A stretch of 64,000 nt of DNA. Origin: Geosiphon pyriformis uo1. Taxonomy: Eukaryota > Fungi > Glomeromycota. Numbering within the stretch: position 1 is the stretch's first letter; each line of letters opens with the position of its first letter. The DNA lies in assembly GCA_016748015.1 (NCBI GenBank), contig JAAOMT010000597.1:681555-745554 (forward strand), in the 5' to 3' direction. A model generated the notes under the pieces. It was not told the DNA's origin. It searched no databases and was given only the letters and a program-made list of their open reading frames with translations. The translations under genes were made by a program, and so were the position numbers. Shown here piece after piece: positions 14,945-27,892 of this stretch.

Positions 14945-14962
14945 TATGTATATATATATACA
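14945..14962 (+). promoter_or_regulatory. Putative TATA-like core promoter of the 15325 gene
   Basis: A TATATATATA tract lies ~370 nt upstream of the ATG and is followed by a G-poor, C/A/T-rich leader typical of a fungal 5' UTR. Function is inferred. Confidence 0.35.
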
Positions 14963-15324
14963 GTGAAGCCAAATGGAACATACTCTCAAAAGTTTTCGTA
15001 CCTCTTACAAAATTCAGAGAAAACTATCAAATCTCATTCTCGAAACTTTTTTGTTTGCCAACAAGCAGAAAATCCAATCATTATTTTCATTTTCCTTAAA
15101 AAATCAATTAACTCATCCCGTCATCATAATCATCTTCATTATCATCTTCCTCTTCCCTCCTCTTTACGTTTCCTCTTCATCGTCGAAAACACTCAAAAAA
15201 ACCAAAAAAACCTTCACGGTTTTCTTTCAACGACTAGAAATTATATTTTCATTCTCTACCACTTTTACTTCTTTGAAACGACAATAATATTAACGTTATA
15301 AAAACCAAAATATTTTTTAAAGAA

Positions 15325-15780
15325 ATGGAAGCCAAACCCAGTCATCAGAAATCCAAGAAATTCCTCAACAAAATCTTCCATTCAAGTACAACAAAGAAGT
15401 CAAATGCGACAGTCTCCCCATCCTCTTCACCACCAGATAATGAATGGAAACCTACATTTATGAACATGGAAGATGATCATAAAAGGTCAACTCCTTCTTC
15501 ACCTTCAACTTTAATTTTACCCGTTCCATTTTCAAGCCGGTCAACTAAAAGTTCAAATTCCGATACTGATGAGCAACCAAATTCACCAACTGTTGGACGA
15601 ATGAATTCAGTTCAACGTCGTTACTCCTTCTCTAATGTACATGATAATGGTCGACAACGATTAATTGCTGCAAAGAAAGCTGAATATCAGTCAAAAATGC
15701 AGGCATTTGACGAATTGATTCGTCGACGTCGTGGCAGTACGCTTAGGTTGGTATTGGCTCCTGATGTTGCTAGTCATTAA
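15325..15780 (+). CDS. Intronless 151-aa Ser/Pro-rich protein with C-terminal helix and FDELIRRRRGSTLRL motif; function unknown
   Basis: Clean ORF with GC above the flanks and a good AAGAA-ATG-G start context. It has a disordered S/P-rich N-terminal half, PKA-type sites RRYS and RRGS, and an ordered-looking C-terminus. Confidence 0.85.
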   Translation: MEAKPSHQKSKKFLNKIFHSSTTKKSNATVSPSSSPPDNEWKPTFMNMEDDHKRSTPSSPSTLILPVPFSSRSTKSSNSDTDEQPNSPTVGRMNSVQRRYSFSNVHDNGRQRLIAAKKAEYQSKMQAFDELIRRRRGSTLRLVLAPDVASH

Positions 15781-15784
15781 TAAT

Positions 15785-15785
15785 C

Positions 15786-15820
<35 letters not shown>

Positions 15821-15882
15821 AAGCAACAGCAACAACAAAAACAAAAGCAACAGCACCAACAACAAAAAATCCCAATCATCAT

Positions 15883-15927
<45 letters not shown>

Positions 15928-15960
15928 ATTAATAATAATAACAATAATAATAATAATCAC
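15785..15960. repeat. Compound (CAA)n/(CAT)n/(AAT)n microsatellite in the 3' UTR
   Basis: Begins 5 nt after the stop codon of the 15325 gene. Confidence 0.95.
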
Positions 15961-16634
15961 AAACTTGTAAAAAGAATCAAAACTATCCATATTCATCTTT
16001 TATAACCATATTTTTTTAACCTAATTATTCCACTAATATCTCTCCAACTTTTCAAATCACTTTTTACCATAATTGTCATAATTTTCTTTTTGGTCACAGT
16101 TGCGCGTTTATATGCAATATCGTCTGGTTTACTATATAGCATTTAACCACCCTTCATACGGCCATTTGAGCTCTACCTCTATGCTATTAAACATAGGAAT
16201 TTTATTATTATAAGTCGAAAACATCAATAACAATCAAATTTACATCTCAACACTTTTTATGCAGAATTTATGCCTTTTTTTAACGCTTCTTCAAAGCTCA
16301 AACTTAGTTCCCATCACCTACTATTTTTACCATCTCACCTATGCAATAATTTGATTCTGTAAAAATTCTCAAAAAATCATTCAAACTCACATCTCTCCAA
16401 ACTTTATTCACATTTAAAACCCATCAAAATTGCATACATAATCATCAAATTTTCATTTTTTAATATAGAATTCATTACTTTGATAGATTATTTAGATCTT
16501 CATTTACATTTAGTATATTCACATTTTTTATGGTTCTTTTCCATAAAAAAACAAACAAAAATAAGCAAATTTATTTTTACTATTACAATATGAGATGAAA
16601 CCAATTTTATTTACTACGGTTGGGTCAATTTCTA

Positions 16635-16678
16635 TTTCCTTTCCTTTCCTTTCCTTTCCTTTCCTTTCCTTCCCTTCC
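16635..16678. repeat. (TTTCC)n pentanucleotide repeat
   Basis: Visible tandem units. Confidence 0.9.
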
Positions 16679-17075
16679 AACTTTTATCAAATGATTCTCT
16701 CTTTAATATACACTCTTATAGATTTCTTTATTTTTTCTGTTTCTCCGTAATGTTTAAAAACCTTTTTGTTACACTACTACCACTATATATACATATATTT
16801 TTAGTATTACTTATTTCGTTTATTTTAATTTTTCTTTCAAACTTTTCCGTCGTCATATGGATATATTTTTTAGTTTATTAGTCGTCGTCTTTCTTGCAAA
16901 ATGTTGACAAAACTTGTATTATATAAAAATATAAAAACCTGGCAAAAGAAAATATTTTTGATTCGCTCTCAAAAATAATAAAAAATCAGCGTGTTTTGTA
17001 CAAATAAATTATTTTTTAAAAATGATTTGATTAATTGATTAATTGATTGCTTGATTGTTTGATTGGGTATTGTAG

Positions 17076-17164
17076 TTGAGTCCTTATATCCAAAAAGAAT
17101 GACAACAATTTGATTTTGAGTCCTTTAAGTCCTTTAATCCAAAAAGGAATGACAAAATTTGATG
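17076..17164. repeat. Imperfect 40-49 bp tandem duplication
   Basis: TTGAGTCCTT..ATCCAAAAAG(G)AATGACAA..ATTTGAT occurs at both 17076 and 17116. Confidence 0.85.
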
Positions 17165-19617
17165 TTGAAAAGGGTCGGGAGAGACAAAGCGTGATTAAAA
17201 GTCACGAGGCCCGCTTGCGGTGTCGGCAAGTGCGGTCTAAAATCCCGCCTAATGGTCACAACTTTTTGTACCAGCCGTCTGGAATTTTGATAAGCCTCTT
17301 AGACCATAATAATGTAAGAAAAGTGGGGGATCGATATCCAAAAAAGCGTCATTTGTGACGATGGGGAATATCATCAACATCATTATCATATTTAAGGTTT
17401 TCATAGATTTTTTTTTTCATTTTGATTGATACTGGGTCATCAGATTAAAAAAAAATTTGCCATAGCCTATCTTGCATAAAGAGACATGAATCAAAAAATT
17501 GAGATCCGCAGTGATTCAAGGAGTTTTTTATTTTAAAAAAAAAATGCACCCCCGAAGAAATAACCCAGAAAAAATGCGGTACCATGTTATCTTTGAATAG
17601 ATTGGTTTTTCAAGTTTTTCTTTTATTATTATTATTATTATTTCAGATAAACCTTTTAAACCACATTTGGCAATGTTCAATTCTGATTATTGCTCTAAAG
17701 AATAAATTAGTGAGATATGACAAGAGTTGTCTTCATTTTTCATGCATCAAATATCTGAAATCAAGTATCCGATTTTTATATATGATTTAAATTTTTCCGT
17801 TTAATTACTATTAAAGTACAACTCTTTAAGGAAGATATAATGAGAGTTAATTATAATGATTTACCCCCAAGGACCAAATATGGAGGCTGTTTATGCATAT
17901 ATATATATATTGATTAATTTTTGATTCTAATTTTCAAAAATTTTCATGCCTTTTTAAGAATAGATTTCACAGGCATTGAAAAAAAAATTATTATTATTAT
18001 AATTTTTTAAACCATCCAAGTCTTTGTGAACCATTAAAATCGTAAACTTTTTGAGTTTCACATAGTGACAAGAATCTATTGTGCATATTACATATGAAAA
18101 TTATGATAGCAGTTGGGTTGGGAAAATAATTATGATGTAATTGATGCAAATCTTTTTTTTGATTTTCTCCTTTGAAAAGGGTTTGGGATTGGCTTTCATC
18201 AGCAATGCAGCAGTGTGAGAAAAATTGTATAATAATATTTTTTTTTAGACCATATGAATTTTGAGTCCTTTTTTACAAATTTAAAAGGGTGAAAATTACC
18301 TTTACCTTACCTCACTAATATAAATTCTTTTTAATCTTTAAAATTCGGGGGTTTAATAACTCATATATACTAGGCAATTAAAATGCCAAAGCAATGAAAA
18401 AAAAAAACTTTATAATTGATAGGGTCACTCTTTAAAATCGAGTTTAAAATTATTTTTTAACTGAATCTTATTATCATTAATAATCATGAAAACTATTTTC
18501 ACTGGGACCAGTACCAAGGTGTTGGATTGCATACATTATTAACATGATTTAACGTAAGCAAGTCTCACAAGTTTTAAGTTATCACCCAATAGTACAAAGG
18601 AAAATCTGATTTTCAAAAAAAAGAACATTATATGTTCATGTCGTCCTCATACCCCCTGTATATTTAAGATCAAATGCATAATCGGCTGTAATTTACCCGA
18701 AAATTAATTTTCTAATTATATGGAATATTATTATATACATCTGAAAGAAAAAATATTGGACTACCAGTTGAAAAGGTTTAACAAATTGTGTAAATGAAAT
18801 ATCTAAATTAGAAATTTTAGATTATTCATTTCTCTTCATCATTTAAATGACAAAAATGATCATATTTTGGGTATAAAATATAGCTTTAATTTCGTTCAAA
18901 AGAATATGCTAATTTTATTTTTGTGTAAAAAATCGTTTAGACGGTATAATATTTACCCGTTCATATATCTTTTTAGTTCTAAATTTAAATGAAAATTATT
19001 TACAAATTTTAAGGAACAAACACAAAAAGATTTTATTACTAAAGCTTCATATTATTAACCAAAGTTTATATTTATCGCGTAAAATTTTTTTTTTTAATAT
19101 TTCTTTTTTTGGTTAAATTACTGAAAAAACCATTTATAATTTTCATATCATAAGTAATAGAGAGATAAAGGCCCATTGAAGTGAATAAAGGTAAAAGATG
19201 AAAGAATCTTACCCTGTTTAAATTTCATTATTGAACACAGAAATTTTCTTTTCATGCATCTAATCACCGGTTTTGATTCGTTTTTGGTGTTCAAAATATG
19301 CATTAATAACATAAATTACTCGAGTGTAATGTAATCTAATTTTTTTGTATACGCTAACCTATTTTGATAACTAAAATAGTGTAAAGAAAATTAATCTATA
19401 TTTAAAAGAGTTTTTTTTTTTTTTTTTAGAAAAACTTAATTAGATTGTATTGATAAGTAACATAATTCTCATTGTTATTAGTAACAGGTTAAGATTAAGA
19501 CAATTTTGTTTTTATACTTTTATAGCTTTAAAAGATATATATTTTTTTTTTTGAAACAGGGTTCAAAAATAACCAGTTTTTTTCAAGTAGTTTCTTAATA
19601 TTAAATATGCAAAGATA

Positions 19618-19658
19618 ATCATTATCATTATTATCATTATTATTATTATTATTATTAC

Positions 19659-19731
<73 letters not shown>

Positions 19732-19760
19732 CTTCATTCGTTCATTCATTCATTCATTCA
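19618..19760. repeat. (ATT)n + (TTCA)n microsatellite
   Basis: Visible tandem units. Confidence 0.95.
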
Positions 19761-20068
19761 AAAATCTTGATGATTAATAGAATTCTAAAAAGGAAAATCC
19801 AGAAGGAAGGTTTTATAAATTTCCCAGGTATCCATTTACGCTCTAACATTTTTATCGTTACCGTTTATTAAAATACGTGTACCCTTTTTTTACACCATAA
19901 TTGCAAAAAAATATATAGTATTCCTAAAATAAACAAATTTTGTTTCATTCTGAATGAAAATCTATATTTGTCATCTTTTGCATAGAAAAATAAAATCTTT
20001 TAATTTTTCACATAATTAGAGTAATGTTTTAATCTTATTACAAAAAGGCGAAAGATTGAAAACCAGAG

Positions 20069-20110
20069 ATTATTATCATTATTATCATCATTATTATTAT
20101 TATTATTATT

Positions 20111-20163
<53 letters not shown>
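20069..20163. repeat. (ATT)n/(GTT)n compound microsatellite
   Basis: Visible tandem units. Confidence 0.95.
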
Positions 20164-20710
20164 CACTATTAAAATCATATTACTAATAATAGAAATCATC
20201 AAAACCATTGAATTTATAATGAGTTCAAAATTACACACGGGTTACCTCTACAAGTATTAGGCTTTGAATAATTTTCATTTCTCTATTACTTATTTTAGTA
20301 AAACGTACGTACCAAAAATTCTAGTGTAACATTTTTCGGGAATGAAAATATCCTATTAATGGTAGGTTTTGTACGACAAAAATAATTTCGTGATTTTGTT
20401 TTTTGCAATTAAAAATTTACGAAACTAGAAACTACGTTTTTGAATCAAAAATTTCAATAATTATTTCCAATAATAACTTTTAATTTTTTTTTATAGATTT
20501 AAAGTTTATCCCTGTTTGGAAATCAACCAAAAAAAAATAAAAACAGTTTAAATAATTAAATATTTTAAAATTTATTTGATTTACTTGAAAATATGGTTTA
20601 GTTACTGTATGTCGGACATTTATGCCTCTTTTCATTCATAGAGCTCATAGACTCTGGTATGTCATGTTTATATATAATTGATTTAGCCAAGAGTTTTGTT
20701 ATAAATCTTA

Positions 20711-20711
<1 letters not shown>

Positions 20712-20788
<77 letters not shown>

Positions 20789-20840
20789 CGTTGTTGTTGT
20801 TGTTGTTGTTGTTATTGTTGTTGTTGTTGTTGTTGTTGTT
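20712..20840. repeat. (ATT)n/(GTT)n compound microsatellite
   Basis: Visible tandem units. Confidence 0.95.
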
Positions 20841-21788
20841 TAACCAAGGGGCTTTCATTAAGAAACCTCTCGGATATTTTTTTAATAAAATCTTTTCAAT
20901 GAATTTATAAATAACTTACAAGAATTAGAACTTTAATATTAATATGAAAATAGTTTTAATTGGATTATCATTTTCATTAGATAGACTTTTGACATTGAAT
21001 CACAATTTTTTTGTAACTCGGCTTTAATATAAAAAAAAATATCTTCATTGAAACAATAGTCTTTTAAAGGACCATTTCGATTTAAGGGTAAAGATTAAAT
21101 TTGAGGATATATTTTAAATTTAATAATAAGCCTCATTTTTATTTCTTGACACCTAAAAATTTTTAATTGAAAAGCCCAAGAATCCAAATGACCTAATGCA
21201 TGTAAAAAATATCAAAAGTTTAATTGTATCGAGATTTTTTTTTGTTTGTACAAGATACTCTTTTCTTTCTCACATTGATCTCTATTAAATTTTCATTTGT
21301 GAAATTCTATATATATATATATATATCATACAATGATATCACAACATGGAAATAGGTTTTATTCTTTAAATTTTCCTTTAAATTAAAACCCAACGTTTTT
21401 TGTAGTACATTGATTTTAATGGGAATGTTTACTCCTTTCCATTTTTAGATCAAATAATTGATAAATTAAATAATCATTTTTTTAATCATTTATCAAATAT
21501 ACATTTATAAATTCTAACAGAAATTTTTAATGATTAAAATCGTTTTATTGTATTACTTGGGTATGCAAAATTAAATTTCATTCATTTTTTTTTCCTTTAG
21601 CAAACATCCAATACCTTGATTGCTTACAAATTCTTAGCTAAAAAAGAAAAACTATCCAGGGTAAACAAGTTATTACTAATTTTTTTTCATTGATAAAATT
21701 AATACGGAAATCCCCACAGGTTTTTCAAATTATACATCTTAATTACTCAGCTGCAAGATTCTGGTATCAATCACATTTTTTTAATTGA

Positions 21789-21835
21789 CAGCAGCAGCAG
21801 TAGCAGTAGCAGTAGCAGTAACAGTAGCAGCAGCA
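21789..21835. repeat. (AGC/AGT)n microsatellite
   Basis: Visible tandem units. Confidence 0.9.
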
Positions 21836-23379
21836 ATTGTGAATATTAATTATCATGATGATATTTGTGAAATATATATTGCCTGAAAAGTCGAGTTTTT
21901 AATCAATTGATCAGAAAATTAAGAGATTTGGGTTTTCGTGTCGCTTTTTCTTTCGTTAATTGATTATAAAATGAAGATTTTTGTTTTTGTGTCGCTTTCC
22001 TTTTGATCGACCACCTGAAATTAAGGTCAGACAGCGACAAATACATTGGTCGATAAATCCCTAAAAAAGAAAATATTATCCCTTGATACAAGGAGCCCAT
22101 TTTTTTTTTTTTGGGTTTTTCATCAAATTAATTACTAAATGATTAAGATTGATTGTCAGTTAATTTCTCCTATTAAATTACAGCGGAAAAATTATTAGGT
22201 AAGCGCATGAGTTTGAAAGTTTTTTCAAATTATTTAATTACATAATGATACCTGTGATATTAGGAAAATCCAAACTCCATCTAAACATGATTTCTTCTGT
22301 GCCCTTTAATTTTGTTGGAACTCATTGATTTAAAAGGCGATATGTTAACTCGGGTATATTGTATACTAATTTTTCTCATGAAAACTTGGGAGGGAAACTC
22401 AAAAACTTGATGCCGTAAGAATTTGTACTTCTTTCATGTTTTAGCAAATTTAATTTTTTTTACAAAAAATAGATTAGAAAATAGGTTGTACACTTGATGT
22501 TAAAAAAAATTTTCTTTTAAAACTTGTGATTATAACACACCTCAGAAAAATTTTATCAATCTTGACCTCTTTTCCATGCCTTCGTCGATGGACAACCCTC
22601 ATTGATACAAATGAAAACATCACAAACTTTATTTATTTTACTTTTCCACGTGTGGATTCAGTAATCAAAAGTATGTAAGCATGCTGGACCTGTGAATAGG
22701 AGAACATTTTTATCAAAAAAAAATCCTAAACACATCTGATATGAAAACCAAAAAGAAAGTTAAAGGGTCTTAGTTTAACATGCTTGTTTTTTTTATTACA
22801 AAGCAAATTATTAAATCCGTAATCTTTCAAAGTTATGCTTCAATTTTGATCAATCAAACAAAGTACCACGTTCCTGTCAAGAATTTTTCGATAACAATCA
22901 TCATTCAAAAAAAAAAAAAATTTACATCCCCAACTGTGGGACTATTAGATAATATGTGATATAAGCAAAACATGCACCCCACGTTCTTCTTTGAGTCATT
23001 TTTAGAAAAGATCTGTTTTGTCATTATTAAATACATACTATTCGAAAATGTCTCTAATGATTTATGAGGAACCAATCATAATAATTAATTTTCTGCAACT
23101 AACTCAAAGTCCGAAAATATGTCACAAAGATTCATTTGAAAAAATGTTTACCGACTAATTTTAAAAGGAATATCCTTGTCAATTAGACCAATGAAATTTT
23201 TGTATTTTAACTTAATAAATTTGATAATGAATATGAATTTAGGAAAAAAAATATTGAAGTAACGTTAGATTAGATGATTTGTCAAAACTTTATATCCTTA
23301 CTTTGTAAAGATCCACTCATTAGATCAGTTTTTTTTATACGAGTAAAATGTTTACACTGACATTCGAGGTACTATTTAC

Positions 23380-24870
23380 AAAGAAATTATTTTTAAAAAT
23401 AAAATCAAAGTTGTTATTTATTTTAAAATTTTTAAAATATCAAAAAAAATTTTAAATAAATTGTAATACCCATTAATAATTAATTTCTATATGAACAACT
23501 AAAAATAAAATATGTTACTTTTCTGCTTCATTGAGTGTAATTCAACCGCTATCTAGTTATATAAATAGTGTCTTTTTAAAACAATTTTGAAATTTTTTTA
23601 ATTGTTTTAATTAAAATTTTGTTCGAATTAAACCAAAAACAAGTCAACTAAATTATTAAATAATAAAAAAAGAGTAAAATAGTTTATTAAAAAATTTAGA
23701 AAAATTATTTAAAGATGTTAACTGATACATTAAAAAAAAATTGATGAAAATTAAAAAAAAAAAAATTACAAATGGTTTGTTTTTTAATATATTTTTTCGA
23801 TTAAATAAATTTTTATTTATTTTAATAATAATAATAATAAAAAAACAATTACTTTTTTATTTAAACAAATAAAATTTTTTTTGGTTTTATTATTTTTTCA
23901 ATTATAATCAAACTAAAAAAATTAAGTATTGATTTTATTTATTTATTTAAAAAATATGTATTTTTTAAAAATAATTTTATTAATGTTTTTTATAATTGAT
24001 TATTTATTTTTTTAAAAATTAAAAAAATTTATATACTATTATTTTACATTATAGATATTTAATATTAATACTAAATAATAATGTTATATTTAATTATTTT
24101 TTGCTAATTTTTGCAAAATAAAATTAATTTAGTATATATAAACATCTTGAAATAAAATAAAATAAAAAGAAATATTAATAATAAAATATTTATATTATTT
24201 TTATCAATTGAAATTTGATTCAAAAATTTACTTTTAATTTTTTACAATAAAATACAGTTTTAAAAAATAAAACCTTTTAAAAAATTTATTTATATACAAA
24301 AACAATTAAAAATATTAAAACAGAAAAAAAATATTTTTATTAATAACATTAAAAATTAACAAAAATTTTTGGTAATTCTCTGTTATCATATCTTTAAAAG
24401 TTTTTTTTTTTTTTTTTTAAAAGATAATTAACAGTTTTTATAAGTATTGCAATTATTAAACTAATCAAAAGTTTAAACATATAAAACAAAATCAGTTTTT
24501 TTTTCAAGATATTAGTTTCAAGTCTTAAAAGTGATTTTTAAAATAATAATTTCTTTTTGATTTAAAAAATAAAATCAACCAGTTTAATTTTGTTAGCAGC
24601 ATTTAAAAAGTTTTAAATGCAAATTTTATACAAAACAACTTTAAAACTCAATTTAAAACCAACAAAACCAGTTAGCAACTAAAATAGAAAAGTATTATTA
24701 ATGTTTTTAAAAAGTTCAACAAAAAATACTCTAAAGAAACGTTTTAATTAGAAAATGTAATTTATGATATACAAAAAAAAAAGATATCTTTGCCAAAAAA
24801 TATATATAGATATATATATAATAAGAAAGATTACTTTGAGTGTTATTAAAAAAATGAAAGCTCAATTGTA
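23380..24870. other. Extremely AT-rich block, probably a hypermutated repeat/TE relic
   Basis: Non-periodic sequence almost devoid of CG and poor in CC/GG. The family is not recognisable and the boundaries are approximate. Confidence 0.5.
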
Positions 24871-25168
24871 AACTGACAATGTTTAACTAATAAACAGGTA
24901 CTCTGAAAGCAATTGTTATAAACTGAAGCAATGATGATTTAATCAACAACATAAAACTATTAGTTTAATCTCTCTCTAAATGAGATTGATTTTTGGCATG
25001 AAAAAACAGGTTAGTCAACATCAATATAGGTCAAAATTGGGAAGTGATTCAAAAAGAGATAGAAGATGATCCGATAGATTTATCCTATGATTAAAATTCA
25101 ATGATTTAATATATATTCGTTTTAATCAAATAAAAAATTGCGATTTGTAAGTATTTATCATTGATAAC

Positions 25169-25245
25169 TAAAAGGTGTCTTTATGTCGATTTAATCTGGC
25201 TCGACATGAATCTGATATGGTCGGGTTGGGTTATGATTGTTTTTT
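25169..25245 (+). mobile_element. Possible degenerate hAT/MITE terminus
   Basis: TAAAAGGTGTC resembles a hAT-type TAGGGGTGTC end. It is followed by the inverted pair ATGTCGA...TCGACAT and by GTCGGGTTGGGTT subterminal-like motifs. No partner end was found. Confidence 0.3.
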
Positions 25246-26725
25246 AGTTAATTCTTGTTTATTATAAAAACTAAATAAGTTATGCTTTATATCATGTTTT
25301 TTTTTTAATTAAAAAAATGTTGGTATAAATTTTAAAAAGCTAAACTGATGTTATGGAAACTAAAGCAATATTTTTTTTTGACAATGCAGCATTTAATACG
25401 GGATCAACTAGAATCTTTCTATACATGGGAAATTGAAACTTTACCCTCATCTTTATAAAATTTGGATTTCAAGGTGAAGGTCGAGGCAGATTTCCAAAGA
25501 CTCGATTGAATAAAAATATTTCTTTGTAATATTGATGAATACCTTGGACTGAAAAGAAAACTGATCAAGTAACAGGGGCATCGTTTTATGTAAAGAATCG
25601 ATGATTCACTAAATTGAATAGTCAAATTAGGAATTATTCAATCTATTTTAGGTAGCCGACATTAACAATGATGATTATTGATCATGCTGTGAAACACGAA
25701 ATAGCAGAATTTAGTTAAAGCAAAGCTAGGGAAACAATGGTCTAATTTCAAGAAAGTATAACCCAGGATGATAAATTAAAAATTTCGCTCCCTGAGATTT
25801 CGCCAAGTTCAATCTTTTGGTATCATTTTGAGGCAAATCGTTCGGGTACTTTGGGTTAATCTTGCCAGTAATTATTTTTATTTTTATTTGGCAACTTAAA
25901 AGAACTTTTCTTTGATCATTTGATACCTTTGAACGGGTAAGTTTAGTATGTATCATGATGTATTCTTATCTGACAATTGTGGAACCTTAAAAGGAAACTA
26001 GTAAAAGCTTACGCCTCGAAGATCAACAGCTGTTACAAATATTTTTCCTGCTCATAGTATCTCGAAAATTTCAATTGGCTTGAATAAAGTTGAACTAACC
26101 TTTCAATAGATGGTTGAAAACAATAGCCTATTATTGTGGAAAAAGAAAATCTCTCCAAAAACTATCATTTACCTTCTACTTTTATATTTAAAAGAGGCCA
26201 AGAACACTCATTCGGGCAGTCTGGGTTCATTGTTAGCCTAGTCTGTCCTCCCCACCACCGCAGGTTTTATTAGAGTATATTTGCCAATTTTAGTTGACTT
26301 TAATGCATCAACCTATGGGAGTTCAGATCAAGAGTTTTATTATAACAATGATGCCATCATCATATGATATTTTTGAATGTTCGGGCGTAATAAAATTACT
26401 TTATCCTTCTTTGTCAAGTCAATGTTATATCAATCCGACCCCATCATTTATCATATTCCAAATTTTCGCACGAGAAACATTTTTTCGTTTCCCCACAAAT
26501 ATTTATATTTGTTGTCCTAAACTTTTTCACAGGTAAGCAAGAAAACAAACTGGTCCTCTAATAGCAAACGTCCTCGGCCGGGATTTTCTTATTTTATAAT
26601 TCCCTTTTGATATCATAAAGTTATACTTTTATACCTTTCATAAAACGAGAATATTTTTTTTTTGTTTAGAATTTTTCTCCCAACACACCTCGACTTGCTT
26701 CACGCAAATACATTAAAAATTTTCC

Positions 26726-27892
26726 ATGGAAATACACTCAGCTTTTGAATTGTACAACTTCTTTTGGGCTGTTAGGGAGGCGCTCCCCGACGAGAGCGAC
26801 TATAGAGAAATAACGGCCATGATTTTGATGCCTCGCGAAGATATGCCAGGGACAAAAGTTCTTCAAAACGTATTACCATATTTTCGCCGTTCTGACAACC
26901 CAAGTCTCTTTACTACCTTTCAAGTAATAATGAGACACGCTGAACAGAGTCCCAAGTTTGAAAGTGTCTTTAGTCGTGTCTGTGAGTCTCTCGATATTCT
27001 TACAAAGATAGAGCACGCTCTAGGTAATAACAGAAGGCTATTTGAGGGCTATTTAAAAGCCTTACAGTTGGATAATGCTTCTGCAAGTCATCAACAAGTC
27101 ATGAACAGCTTGGAGAAATTCTTAAATGACCAATGTAATCCTCAAACTCAATTACGCGTGAGAAAAGTCTTTGCAGAAGAAAACGTAATCGGTGAACTTG
27201 GTAAGAGCCAGATATCATAAGAAATAAAAGTTAATGGAAAAGGCTTTTACAGAATCTCGTTATACTGGATGTAACTGATTAAACGGGGGGTTTTTTATTT
27301 CTAGGACTTGATCGTGATGCCCTTGCGTCAGCTGATGAATTGATCAACGATGATTCATTATACATTAAAGTTCTTGAAATCCTTTCATCGACCAATCGAC
27401 AAAATTTACCATGGGACACCGTTTCTGCCAGGATCAAGAAATGTCTTGATCAAAAGCGACCCAGTGTTTGGCCCATGTTTCTTAGTTTGTTGGAAGACTT
27501 TGAAATTGATGGTATGTACAGCAAATAATTAGGGTTTCTCATGTAAAATACAAGGAGAAACAATGGCAGAATTATTATATTTCACGTCGTAAACTAATTT
27601 TAATACTTTTCAAGTTTATAACAATCGCTATTATGGTGGCTACAATCCTTACTTCCAAGGCAACGGACAAAATTACCAAGTTAATTACGAGGAAATTGAC
27701 GAGGCCTACAACGGAATCTGCGATGAATATCACCCTCCAACTGATAACAAGAACCGTCCTTCGGAACCCCATTTTGGTTTAGAGGAACAATTTGCAAATT
27801 TTACGCTTGAAGACGGTCAAAAGAAAGCAGGGGACCATTCTAGCCTACGACAGCAAATACAACCAAGTAAAGTGATCGATTCCGTCTACTGA
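26726..27892 (+). CDS. 3-exon gene, 319 aa, with three PAH/harmonin-homology-like helical repeats and a Y/N/G-rich then acidic tail
   Basis: Exons are 26726-27200, 27305-27511 and 27615-27892, with introns GTAAGA..CTAG and GTATGT..CAAG. The spliced length is 960 nt, in frame with no internal stop. Probable UTR introns lie at 26533-26669 and 27934-28001. The domain call is by pattern only. Confidence 0.88.

Noticed and set aside
14963-15301. Two overlapping 104-112 aa ORFs upstream of the small gene, as genes or uORFs
   Set aside because: They have G-poor leader composition and no protein-like features, and their starts lie within ~12 nt of the TATA-like tract, probably upstream of the TSS.
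1064-20910. ORF-track entries with poly-I/N/Y/L/Q/T/M/HY runs
   Set aside because: They are translations of microsatellites in stop-free frames, with no other coding signal.
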